DNA of 64,000 nt from Spirochaetota bacterium (GTDB lineage Bacteria > Spirochaetota > UBA4802 > UBA5550): assembly GCA_963664815.2 (NCBI GenBank), contig CAXXHB010000003.1:992001-1056000 (forward strand), in the 5' to 3' direction. The translations under genes were made by a program, and so were the position numbers. Position 1 is the first letter of the stretch; each line of letters starts with the position of its first letter. This document shows, piece after piece, positions 40,398 through 49,446 of the stretch. The notes beneath the pieces were generated by a model. It was not told where the DNA came from. It ran no database searches and saw only the letters and a list, made by a program, of their open reading frames with translations.

Positions 40398-41324
40398 GTG
40401 AGCATGAACCAGGGAAAGATTGAAAAGAAAGTTTCAGGTACAGAATTCAGTATTTTTATGCGGCAGCTGCATATTCTGGCACTTGTGCAGCATAGCACCG
40501 CATCTGAGTATATGAACTACAGGAGCATGGCAGACCTTCTTGATCTTGTTCCATGGGATGAGAATATTGATTCAAAAAAAATAGGGCGATGCGTGGAAAA
40601 ACTTAAAGAGATGGGATTCCCCGTTCATACCGGGAAGGGGGAACAGCGGGTGATGCTTGACCGGGAACTCGGCGCTGATGAAATGCTGGAGATACTACCC
40701 TACTATCTGAACGTAGTGACTGACACAGTCGGCATAAGGGACTGCTTTAAAAGTTATGTTGAAAACCACGGTTCAAGGTCTTTATGGATTATGGCGCGTA
40801 TTTACTTTGCATCTCTTGAGAAGAAGAGGATTAAACTTTCATACCGGTCTGTGAATAATAATGTTCCGGATACATATATACTTAATCCATACCGGTGGAT
40901 CTACAGGGATAACGCGGTTTACCTTATTGCAAAAAATATAAGCCGTGGCGACAATGTGTCGCTTTTCCGGCTTAACAGAATCAGAGATGTTGATATTACA
41001 GATGACAGGTTTGAAGACGATATTCCTTCAGCATATGAGCTTCTTAAACACAGCATGGGCTCGTTTATAAACAACAGGTATTATAATGTAAAACTGATGT
41101 TCCGCTTTGAAGATAAAGAGAGGATTGAAGAGGATTTCGGACACCTTGAGCTTATGTTTGCAGATTCACACTCGGACGGATACGGTGAGGTGACGTTTAC
41201 GGTATGCGACCTTATCAATGTCTGCAAAGCGGTGTTCAGTTATTGCGGCAGGGTAGAGATTATTGACCCTCCTGAAGCTGTAAGCGAGATGAAACGGATG
41301 ATTGAGGGGAATAATATTTACTGA
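40398..41324 (+). CDS. WYL-domain transcriptional regulator (wHTH-WYL-WCX)
   Basis: N-terminal HTH-like region; LSYRS..YILNPYRWIYRDNAVYLIA...FRLNRI WYL motif; C-terminal VEIIDPPE WCX motif. Confidence 0.88.
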   Translation: MSMNQGKIEKKVSGTEFSIFMRQLHILALVQHSTASEYMNYRSMADLLDLVPWDENIDSKKIGRCVEKLKEMGFPVHTGKGEQRVMLDRELGADEMLEILPYYLNVVTDTVGIRDCFKSYVENHGSRSLWIMARIYFASLEKKRIKLSYRSVNNNVPDTYILNPYRWIYRDNAVYLIAKNISRGDNVSLFRLNRIRDVDITDDRFEDDIPSAYELLKHSMGSFINNRYYNVKLMFRFEDKERIEEDFGHLELMFADSHSDGYGEVTFTVCDLINVCKAVFSYCGRVEIIDPPEAVSEMKRMIEGNNIY

Positions 41325-41636
41325 CCTGTATTCACATTTCCGGATGGAGAGCAAAACTTCATTTATTTCATGCTTCCCCTCGGTACAACGGCGTACTTTT
41401 GATAATTTAGAACCTGTTCTTTTACGCCGTCACTCGGGGAGCGCATACTTCCGGCACAAAATACGATGTTTTATCGAGTTGGCCTTTATAAACCAAGCAA
41501 GACTCCCTGCGGTTTCAAAAACCTTGTTTTTGAAACCGCCCATAAGTTTTATTTCATTCCGATCTGACTTCACCTGCAAATATTTTGAATTATACAGATT
41601 TTTTCCCAACATGGATGTTATGCGGGTATGTTTATG

Positions 41637-41684
41637 AAGTGTTGCCATGTATTATTTAAACAATTCGTTGTGTTATGCGGAAAA
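41637..41684 (+). promoter_or_regulatory. Shared 48-bp upstream element, copy 2 (before cas6)
   Basis: 40/48 identity to 40258-40305; ends 74 bp before the cas6 ATG. Confidence 0.65.
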
Positions 41685-41758
41685 TTTGTTATTTAATATT
41701 AATATTTACCGATAACAAAGATAATGTATGAAAATAAAAATATTAAAGGCTAAACAAA

Positions 41759-42535
41759 ATGCGATTTATGACGGATATTATTTTAAAAGATAAAGGACCT
41801 CATAGAATACCAACAAGTTACAGGATAGATATTGCATCTCTCATGAAAGAGGGTATGAAAAATGTAAATCCTGATTTGTACTATCAATTCTGGGGTAACG
41901 ATAAGGCTAATGTTGCAAAACCTTATACTTTCTGTGTCTATATTCCGGAAGCAAAACACATAAAAGGTAATGATAGATCATATATTGAACTTAATAATGA
42001 CCGGATTTATTTTACCTTTTCGTCAAACGACCCTGCTATCGTTATAAATTTCTATAATTCAATGCTTAATATATCAGGTAAATACTCTTTGTTTAAAAGT
42101 GATGTTTTGCTTAACAATTTTCATCTTATGCCGGATGTACAGATCAAAGGGGGCAAAATGCAGTTCAGGTTGATGTCTCCCATGATTGTAAGAAATATGA
42201 ACGAGAAGGATGATGATAAAAAAAGGGGGGACAGATATATTGCATTCGATGATCCGCGATTTGCTAGTTGCCTTTATAATTCTGTAAGTGTTATGTGCAG
42301 GGATTTCCACCCTGATTCTACAGGAAACAGGCATGCCTGTCTCCTATCGGAGCAGGATTTTGTTTTTACCCCTGTGAACTGCAAAACGGTGAAAGTTTAT
42401 CATTATAAAGAGGTTATAACTGCAGTGTCAGGAACCTTCATTATTGAAGCACCGGACGATGTACTCAAGTTTATTTATGACGTTGGTATAGGCGCGCGCC
42501 GCAGCCAGGGTTTTGGTATGCTGGAAATGCTGTAG
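41759..42535 (+). CDS. cas6: CRISPR endoribonuclease Cas6
   Basis: KPYTF, LMSPMIV, C-terminal glycine loop GIGARRSQGFGM. Confidence 0.93.
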   Translation: MRFMTDIILKDKGPHRIPTSYRIDIASLMKEGMKNVNPDLYYQFWGNDKANVAKPYTFCVYIPEAKHIKGNDRSYIELNNDRIYFTFSSNDPAIVINFYNSMLNISGKYSLFKSDVLLNNFHLMPDVQIKGGKMQFRLMSPMIVRNMNEKDDDKKRGDRYIAFDDPRFASCLYNSVSVMCRDFHPDSTGNRHACLLSEQDFVFTPVNCKTVKVYHYKEVITAVSGTFIIEAPDDVLKFIYDVGIGARRSQGFGMLEML

Positions 42536-42557
42536 GGAAAAGGCCCCAACCTCCGTA

Positions 42558-43037
42558 GTGAACAGAGAAAGGAAATTAAACCGTTTGCCAGGGTATAATT
42601 ATTCGTTTCAGGGATTATATTTTGTGACAATTAATGTTTATAACAGGGAACCGGCATTTGGTGAAATAATAAATGGAGAAATGATGCTGAATGAATATGG
42701 TAAAATAGCAATACAATGCTGGGATGAATTACCGGATCATATAGGGTATTGTGAATTGGATAAATATGTTGTTATGCCGGATCATTTTCATGGAATTGTA
42801 ATTATTCCCGCCCCTGTAGGGAACAGGCATGCCTGTTCCCTACAGGAATCACCACAATATATGAAATTACCGGTTATCATCGGATCGTATAAATCCGCAG
42901 TATCAAAATTGATTCATATGGCAGGCAGGAAAGATTTCCGTTGGCAGAAATCGTATCATGACAGGATTATAAGGGATCAGAATGAATTGAATGCAATCAG
43001 GGAATATATACGGCAGAACCCGGAAAGGTGGCGGTAA
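42558..43037 (+). mobile_element. REP-associated tyrosine (HUH/Y1) transposase, RAYT-like
   Basis: RK.NRL.GYNYS..GLYFVTI, VVMPDHFHGI (HUH), WQKSYHDRIIR, YIRQNP; GTG start 42558 preferred. Confidence 0.88.
42813..42846. repeat. GTAG-type REP palindrome inside the RAYT gene
   Basis: Perfect palindrome CCT-GTAGGGAACAGGCATGCCTGTTCCCTAC-AGG. Confidence 0.85.
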
Positions 43038-43119
43038 AGGAATATGAATGATACGATTAAGGTGTATGAATAAATCACAGCGTGTTATGGAAAAGATTGT
43101 GTGACAGGGAAACGGATGG

Positions 43120-43155
43120 TGTGGTAGGGAACAGGCATGCCTGTTCCCTACCACA
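43120..43155. repeat. GTAG-type REP palindrome between RAYT and cas8
   Basis: Perfect 36-bp palindrome TGTG-GTAGGGAACAGGCATGCCTGTTCCCTAC-CACA; 28-bp core identical to 42816-42843. Confidence 0.85.
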
Positions 43156-43193
43156 TCGGTGAAAAATATACAGAATATGATTATGGATAGGGG

Positions 43194-44825
43194 GTGAGGG
43201 GATTGAAACACCGTGTATATATGAGAGACTGGTATTTTAATGCCGGTATTGTGGGTTTCCTGCGGGTTATCAGTAACGATGCCATGCCAGATGATCTGAA
43301 AAAGATTGAAGGTCTTGAGATAGGGGATAATTATATAGAGTTTGAAGATTATCTGCTGGAAGGGTTTATTGATAAATTTATAAGAATGGCATTCTCCATG
43401 CTTAAGGACTTATCAATTTATTCAAGAAAGTTAAACATTGTTCAAAAAGATATATCTGGAGATAAATCGGGAAAGCTAACTGTTAAGAAAGCATGTGGCA
43501 GTTTTAGTTCTTCTTATGAGAAATTTAATAAAGTGATTCTCAAACAGAATTTTGAAGAATCATCTGATTTAAGCGAATTATCAAATAAATTAAATCATTC
43601 GTTAGATCAAATGACATCCTTAGATGTTGAGATAATATATGATGAACTTATTAGAACGGACGAAGGGAAAGAGTATATTGACTGGTTTATCAATGGCTGG
43701 CAATTAAAAGGAATTACCAGTTCGGCGAATCTGGAAAAATATGCTGAAGAGGTAGGGCAATTCGATTATTCCAAAGAATTAAAGAATAATGATATTTGTC
43801 TATCCTGTCAGAAGAGAAAATCTGAGTTTGAGTTTAATAATAGCATTTCAAATGTCATTGGATTTAATAAAGACAACACAAACTGGATATGGGGCTTTAA
43901 ATCATCTAAAACCAGATTGTGCGGAATATGTTCTTTAATTTATACTTCGGCTTTTCTGAGCATGGTTAAAGTTCATAGGTATATTAATGAGAATGCAGTG
44001 GATTGCTTCTATTTTATTAATAGAAATAGTGATATGGAAGTACTTTATAAATCTTCAGCTCTTTTCAGAACAATATCTAAATCATCTGATCGTAATAAAC
44101 CATTCATATTGATTATTAAAGATACAATATTTAAAGTTCTTGAAGAACAGGCCAAGACGGTTGATGAAAATATCAACTTCATTGAAATGGCAGAAAACCC
44201 GGTTTTAGCTGGTCAAAGCTCAAAAGGCTATAATATTTATAATTATAGTATTACACCCGATCTGGCATCATTTCTAAAAAATCAGGTAAATTCAATTCCA
44301 CAGGGTTTTTATAAAACACGAGAAGGTAGCTATAGTATTGATGATGAGCTTATACAGAAATCAATAAATTATACGCTTGGTTATTCTGATATAGATAGGT
44401 ATTTCTCATATTACGTGAGAGATGGAATAATTTCGGCTTATAATATTTATCAGGTGAATAGTTTTATTTTTAGTTATATAAATCAAGTCATTCAATCCGG
44501 AGGAGAGATGGAAGATAGAAAGAATGTAATCAACAAAGCTTTTTATAATGGGAAGGAACTTGCTGATCTTTTAAAATTAAATAAAAGAGAAAACCAGATC
44601 GATGGTATTGTTTACGGTTTGCTTAACGATCTTAAAATTTCCGATAAGGAGAAGTTCCTGGATAAATATATCCGTTTAATGATGAGTCATAAAATGGAAC
44701 TAAAATTCGGCAGTAATAATGAAATGGCTGATACCGACAGCTTCCTTCAGTTCGGCTACTCGTTTATTAATGGATTACTCAGCAATCATGGGAAGAAAAT
44801 AGAAAAGGAGAATACAAATGGCTAA
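43194..44825 (+). CDS. cas8b1: Type I-B large subunit Cas8b1/Cst1 (CxxC-CxxC type)
   Basis: DWYFNAGIVG N-terminus, CLSC and CGIC motifs, NWIWGF; lies between cas6 and cas7. Confidence 0.85.
   Translation: MRGLKHRVYMRDWYFNAGIVGFLRVISNDAMPDDLKKIEGLEIGDNYIEFEDYLLEGFIDKFIRMAFSMLKDLSIYSRKLNIVQKDISGDKSGKLTVKKACGSFSSSYEKFNKVILKQNFEESSDLSELSNKLNHSLDQMTSLDVEIIYDELIRTDEGKEYIDWFINGWQLKGITSSANLEKYAEEVGQFDYSKELKNNDICLSCQKRKSEFEFNNSISNVIGFNKDNTNWIWGFKSSKTRLCGICSLIYTSAFLSMVKVHRYINENAVDCFYFINRNSDMEVLYKSSALFRTISKSSDRNKPFILIIKDTIFKVLEEQAKTVDENINFIEMAENPVLAGQSSKGYNIYNYSITPDLASFLKNQVNSIPQGFYKTREGSYSIDDELIQKSINYTLGYSDIDRYFSYYVRDGIISAYNIYQVNSFIFSYINQVIQSGGEMEDRKNVINKAFYNGKELADLLKLNKRENQIDGIVYGLLNDLKISDKEKFLDKYIRLMMSHKMELKFGSNNEMADTDSFLQFGYSFINGLLSNHGKKIEKENTNG
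44508..44825 (+). CDS. cas11: Putative internally translated Cas11 small subunit (105 aa)
   Basis: In-frame ATG (codon 439 of cas8) preceded by GGAGGAGAG; helical C-terminal domain. Confidence 0.65.
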   Translation: MEDRKNVINKAFYNGKELADLLKLNKRENQIDGIVYGLLNDLKISDKEKFLDKYIRLMMSHKMELKFGSNNEMADTDSFLQFGYSFINGLLSNHGKKIEKENTNG

Positions 44826-45717
44826 GCATGTTACTTTAACAGTTCTTTTTGAGGGTTCTAATCTGAATTATGGTGAGGGTTTTGGAAATATCCAATCATT
44901 AAAGAAAGTCAGCAGTAAAGGGAAAAATTATTCTTATATAAGCAGGCAGGCTTTAAGATATGATATTGTAAGGATTATGAATGAAGAATTTGGTGTAGCA
45001 CTTACACCGATAGGAAAAGATGGTAAAGTAATCCAGTTTGATAAAAACGCATTTATTACCGATTTTCCTGAAATTGATCTGTTCGGCTATATGAAAACAG
45101 GGTCCAATGCAAACAAAGGAAATCAGGAAATAAGAAAAGCTATTGTGCGGCTCACTGATGCAGTTAGTATTGAACCATATAATAATGATATGGATTTTGG
45201 AAATAATATGGGCCTGGCAAGAAGAAAGGAGGGGGAGGATAATGGTCTTTTCCAGTCTGAAATTCATAAGGCATTCTATTCATATACGATTACTATTGAT
45301 CTTGATAAAATCGGTATTGATGACAATGATAAAACTAAACTATCTGATGATGAGAAAGAAAAGCGTATAAAGACTTTGCTTGATTCAATAAAGATTTTAT
45401 ACCGTGATATTAAAGGTAAAAGAGAGAATCTGGCACCGTGCTTCGTTATAGGGGGTGTTTTTGATTCGGGTAATCCATTTTTTTATAACAGGGTGGGTCT
45501 TGATTTTCAGAAAGATAAAATACTTCTTAATACACGGATGATTAATGATGTGCTAAAAACCACAATTAATGAAAAGGCCATTAAAGAATCTGCATGTGTC
45601 GGGTATGTGGATGGATTGTTTTCAAATATTGATGATATTGAATTAAAAGCAAAATCTGCGGTTGAGGATTTTTTTAAAGATTTAAAGAAAAAGATATCTG
45701 AATCACTGAAAGGTTAA
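44818..45717 (+). CDS. cas7: Type I-B Cas7/Cst2/DevR
   Basis: NLNYGEGFGNIQSLKK, YISRQALRY, EIDLFGYM, VRLTDAVS. Confidence 0.93.
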   Translation: MAKHVTLTVLFEGSNLNYGEGFGNIQSLKKVSSKGKNYSYISRQALRYDIVRIMNEEFGVALTPIGKDGKVIQFDKNAFITDFPEIDLFGYMKTGSNANKGNQEIRKAIVRLTDAVSIEPYNNDMDFGNNMGLARRKEGEDNGLFQSEIHKAFYSYTITIDLDKIGIDDNDKTKLSDDEKEKRIKTLLDSIKILYRDIKGKRENLAPCFVIGGVFDSGNPFFYNRVGLDFQKDKILLNTRMINDVLKTTINEKAIKESACVGYVDGLFSNIDDIELKAKSAVEDFFKDLKKKISESLKG

Positions 45718-45720
45718 AAA

Positions 45721-46431
45721 ATGCAGGTGGTTAAGATCAAGCTTTACCAGAATATGGTTAATTATCGCATGGAGATGAGCTATGGATATGTACAGACATA
45801 TCCTTTACCAACACCTTCTATGGTAAGAGGTATGGCTCATAGCCTTATAGGTGCCAGAGAGTATCATCCATTAAAGATCTCAATCCAAGGTTGTAGCAGT
45901 TCAGTTGTAACGAATATGCAGAAAATTTTTAAGTTCGACAGGAAGGGGCGATATCCTGTGCCGGTAGCAGTCAATTCAGATGAATACAATCAGAGCGTCA
46001 ATAGAGGTTTAATGTATGTTGATCAGATTGTTGATATGAATCTGATATTGCATATATCATTTGCCGATAATTCGCTGAATAGTAAGCTTGTTGAATCGAT
46101 AAATAATAATACTGTAGTTCTTGGAAGAAACGAAGATGTTGCAAGAGTAGATGAATGTCAAATTATCGATCTCCATGAAGAAAAATCACGACATCAGAGA
46201 TTACCATTCAATATGTATCTCCCGAAAGAATATTGCGATAATAATAATCTGTCAGGAACAGTTTACAGATTACCTTTTAAATATAATGATGTTTCATCAT
46301 TCGCAGATAAAAGAATTTTCCAGTTTGTTGATGTAAAATATATCAGCAGCGGAAGAGAGCTTGCAAAACAGAAATTTCCAATAGATGATGCTGGTAATCC
46401 TGTTGCATTATTAGGGATTGAAGATGATTAA
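45721..46431 (+). CDS. cas5: Type I-B Cas5
   Basis: KLYQNMVNYR...TYPLPTPSMVRG, LGRNED. Confidence 0.92.
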   Translation: MQVVKIKLYQNMVNYRMEMSYGYVQTYPLPTPSMVRGMAHSLIGAREYHPLKISIQGCSSSVVTNMQKIFKFDRKGRYPVPVAVNSDEYNQSVNRGLMYVDQIVDMNLILHISFADNSLNSKLVESINNNTVVLGRNEDVARVDECQIIDLHEEKSRHQRLPFNMYLPKEYCDNNNLSGTVYRLPFKYNDVSSFADKRIFQFVDVKYISSGRELAKQKFPIDDAGNPVALLGIEDD

Positions 46432-48673
46432 TATTTATGCCAAATCTAAACCACCTGAGAGTTTGATTGATCATACTAATCATCTTCTTCAATCATTCGA
46501 AAGATTTAAACGATATCAAATTAGCAGTCAAATAAACAATTATTCAGAATGCATCAAGAGAATATTGTATTATCATGATCAGGGGAAAGCCAATATTCCA
46601 TTTCAAAACTTGATAAGGAAAAGTTTAAAACTGGAGCCTCTGGGTAAAAGTGCATTTAATAAAAGCATCCCACATGAATGGTTATCGTTAAGTTTTATCA
46701 GTGAAGAGGATGAATCTTTTTTTCATTCACTCGATTATAAAAATATAAGCTTCTATGATCTTGCCTGTTATTCTATTGCATTTCATCATAGCCGTAGTTT
46801 TCCTGCTAATTCTAAAGAACTGGAATTGCAGGTAAAAGAAATTATTGATAATTCTGATTTGTTAGAGATTAAGAATGAGTTATACACTGTAACCGATATA
46901 AAAGGTATTCAGAGTAAAATTGAATCTCCAGAATACTGGCCATCCTATTTCCCCTATGTCGTTTATTTTAAAGGCATCCTCCACAAGTGCGATTACGCGG
47001 CATCAGCACATATAGAGGCAGAACAGGTGTATGAGCCCGAAGGTAAATACTCCGATCATTTCACCGAAGGTCTAAAGAAAAAAGATATTAAAGCTTTGTA
47101 CGACTACCAACTAAAAGCCTGTGAATACTCTGATAAAAGCATAATCTTCATAGCATCCACAGGCGCAGGTAAAACGGAATACTCAATGAACTGGATAAAT
47201 GGTGACAAGGCTTTTTACCTGCTTGGACTACGCACAGCTGTAAATGCAATGTATGACCGCTTCACTGATATGTTTTCAAAAGAGAATGTCGGCCTTCTTC
47301 ATGGTGAGAGCATATACAGGCTCCTTGATGATGATAAAAACAACAATGATTATGAAGATGATGAGGATGTATTTACACAGCATACAAAGATAAGGCAGCT
47401 TTCAATGCCGATTACTGTGGCAACTGCTGACCAGCTTATACCTTCAGTTTTCAAGTTTCCCGGATTCGAGTTCTATTATTTTACAGCATCGTACAGTAAA
47501 ATAGTAATAGATGAAATACAGAGCTTTGCCCCTGAAACGATTGCATCGATTGTTGTGTTTTTAAAAGAGATACAGAGGCTTGGCGGAAAGTTTCTTCTAA
47601 TGACAGCCACGTTGCCACAGTTTATTATTAACGAATTTAATGAACTATATGAATCAGGTGTGCTCGCAAGAGAATGTTTCCATTCTCAGAAAAGACGCCA
47701 TGTGATTAAACTTATAGGTGATAATCTTTCATGTAACTCTGCAGAGCAGATTATTGATGATGCATTTAAAACAGAAAAAAAAGTTCTTGTTATATCCAAT
47801 ACTGTTGCAGGCGCGCAGAGACTTGCAGAGAGGTACAGCAGCTTTGAACCGGAGCTTCTTCATTCCAGGTTTATACGTTCAGACCGGAAGAAAAAAGAAG
47901 ATAAGATTTTTGATGAAACAGACTATGTTAATCATCCGGAAAATAAAAATAAGTCATGCCTTTGGATTTCTACTCAGATCGTTGAGGCAAGCCTTGATAT
48001 TGATTTTGATATTCTGCTTACTGAGAATGCCACAATAGATGCATTGTTCCAGAGGTTCGGCAGGTGCTGGCGCAAACGCGTATATGATTCATCTGAACCG
48101 AACATCTATATATTCAAACCGGAAGATGAAGGAATAAATAATCTTATTTATGATAAAGAAATTTCAGAAAAGACATGGAATATCCTGATGGGATATAATG
48201 AGATGCATATATCTGAAGAAGATAAACAAGAAATAATTGATAAGGTATTTTCGGATATAGAGAATACTGATTATTATAAAAAGTATAAAAGAATTAAAGA
48301 GTTGCTTACTCTTGGTCTGAGAGCTGAAAAAGCAAATGAAGCAAGAGATTTATTCAGAAATATTAATAGTAACTATACTGTAATTCCTGAACCTGTATTT
48401 AATAAACATAAAGAAAAAATTGAACAATTGTTTGCAGATATTGATAACAGAGAATTAGGTGCTAAGGAAAGGTATAGTCTTAAAAACGAATTATTTGGTT
48501 TTACTGTCCCTGTGCAATTACTGGGTAAAAGGCATGAGCTTTTACATCCTATACCTGTTTTAAAAGGGAATCCGCGAAAGCTTGACATCTGGCTGCTGGA
48601 AGGTGTAAATTATGATAGCAAAAAGGGTGCAGAGTTTATAAAGTGTTATAAAACCAGCGCGAAAATAATATAG
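46418..48673 (+). CDS. cas3: Cas3 HD nuclease-helicase
   Basis: HD domain (HDQGK, HHS, CDYAAS), ASTGAGKTE, DEIQ, MTAT, STQIVEASLDID, QRFGR. Confidence 0.95.
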   Translation: MKMINIYAKSKPPESLIDHTNHLLQSFERFKRYQISSQINNYSECIKRILYYHDQGKANIPFQNLIRKSLKLEPLGKSAFNKSIPHEWLSLSFISEEDESFFHSLDYKNISFYDLACYSIAFHHSRSFPANSKELELQVKEIIDNSDLLEIKNELYTVTDIKGIQSKIESPEYWPSYFPYVVYFKGILHKCDYAASAHIEAEQVYEPEGKYSDHFTEGLKKKDIKALYDYQLKACEYSDKSIIFIASTGAGKTEYSMNWINGDKAFYLLGLRTAVNAMYDRFTDMFSKENVGLLHGESIYRLLDDDKNNNDYEDDEDVFTQHTKIRQLSMPITVATADQLIPSVFKFPGFEFYYFTASYSKIVIDEIQSFAPETIASIVVFLKEIQRLGGKFLLMTATLPQFIINEFNELYESGVLARECFHSQKRRHVIKLIGDNLSCNSAEQIIDDAFKTEKKVLVISNTVAGAQRLAERYSSFEPELLHSRFIRSDRKKKEDKIFDETDYVNHPENKNKSCLWISTQIVEASLDIDFDILLTENATIDALFQRFGRCWRKRVYDSSEPNIYIFKPEDEGINNLIYDKEISEKTWNILMGYNEMHISEEDKQEIIDKVFSDIENTDYYKKYKRIKELLTLGLRAEKANEARDLFRNINSNYTVIPEPVFNKHKEKIEQLFADIDNRELGAKERYSLKNELFGFTVPVQLLGKRHELLHPIPVLKGNPRKLDIWLLEGVNYDSKKGAEFIKCYKTSAKII

Positions 48674-48689
48674 AACAGAGAGATCCGGC

Positions 48690-48992
48690 ATGAACAGAAT
48701 AATAACACTTGAAACTGCACTTGAAATATTACGCAAACATAAACTACAATTAGCCGAGAGATACGGCATTACAGAACTTGGCATTTTCGGCTCTGTAGCC
48801 CGTGGGGATGCCGGGGCTGACAGTGACATTGATATTGTAGTGAAGATGAAAAAACCAGACCTTTTTTATATGGTACATATCAAAGAGGAGCTTGAAGAGG
48901 AATACCAGGCAAGCGTTGATATAATTCATTACAGGGAAAAAATGAATCCACTGCTCAAGCAGAGGATTGATAAAGAGGCTGTCTATGTTTGA
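48690..48992 (+). CDS. MNT minimal nucleotidyltransferase antitoxin (MntA-like)
   Basis: FGSVARGDAGADSDIDIVV (GS-x10-DxD motif). Confidence 0.9.
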   Translation: MNRIITLETALEILRKHKLQLAERYGITELGIFGSVARGDAGADSDIDIVVKMKKPDLFYMVHIKEELEEEYQASVDIIHYREKMNPLLKQRIDKEAVYV

Positions 48993-49356
48993 CCGGGAAC
49001 TGGTAAGAGGGGTTTTGTTGCAAATTCAGACCGCAATAGAACGTGTTTCGCGCAGGTCGTCTTCCGTAGAAAGTCCGGATGATTTTTTAGCATCTGACGA
49101 GGGCATTGACAAACTTGACGCAATATGCATGATGCTCATAGCGATAGGAGAGAGCCTCAAATATATTGATAAACTGACGGATAAATCATTATTGAATAAT
49201 TATCCGCAGGTTGACTGGAAAGGCGCCAAGGGTGTAAGAGACATTATAGGACATCATTACTTTGACCTTGATGCTGAAATTGTTTTTACAATATGTAGGG
49301 AACATATACCGGATATGGCAACTGTTATCAGGCAAATGATAAAGGATATCAACTGA
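48985..49356 (+). CDS. HEPN/DUF86 RNase toxin (HepT-like)
   Basis: IGESLK, W..AKGVRDIIGHHYF (Rx4H plus HY); overlaps the MNT stop. Confidence 0.88.
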   Translation: MFDRELVRGVLLQIQTAIERVSRRSSSVESPDDFLASDEGIDKLDAICMMLIAIGESLKYIDKLTDKSLLNNYPQVDWKGAKGVRDIIGHHYFDLDAEIVFTICREHIPDMATVIRQMIKDIN

Positions 49357-49446
49357 TGGCGCACAGGCTGGAACTTAAAGAGAGAATCATGGCAAAGGTA
49401 GTATTTATTTAAATAGAACCTGAATACTCTAACCAGGGAGCACAAC

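Noticed and set aside
41302-41648. 111-aa plus and 72-aa minus ORFs between WYL and cas6 as possible anti-CRISPR or toxin genes
   Set aside because: No convincing RBS or motifs, and they run through hairpins and the promoter element; a non-coding reading fits better, though a small toxin cannot be fully excluded.
42513-42557. Track start of the RAYT ORF overlapping cas6
   Set aside because: Family similarity begins at NRERKLNRL, so GTG 42558 is more plausible.
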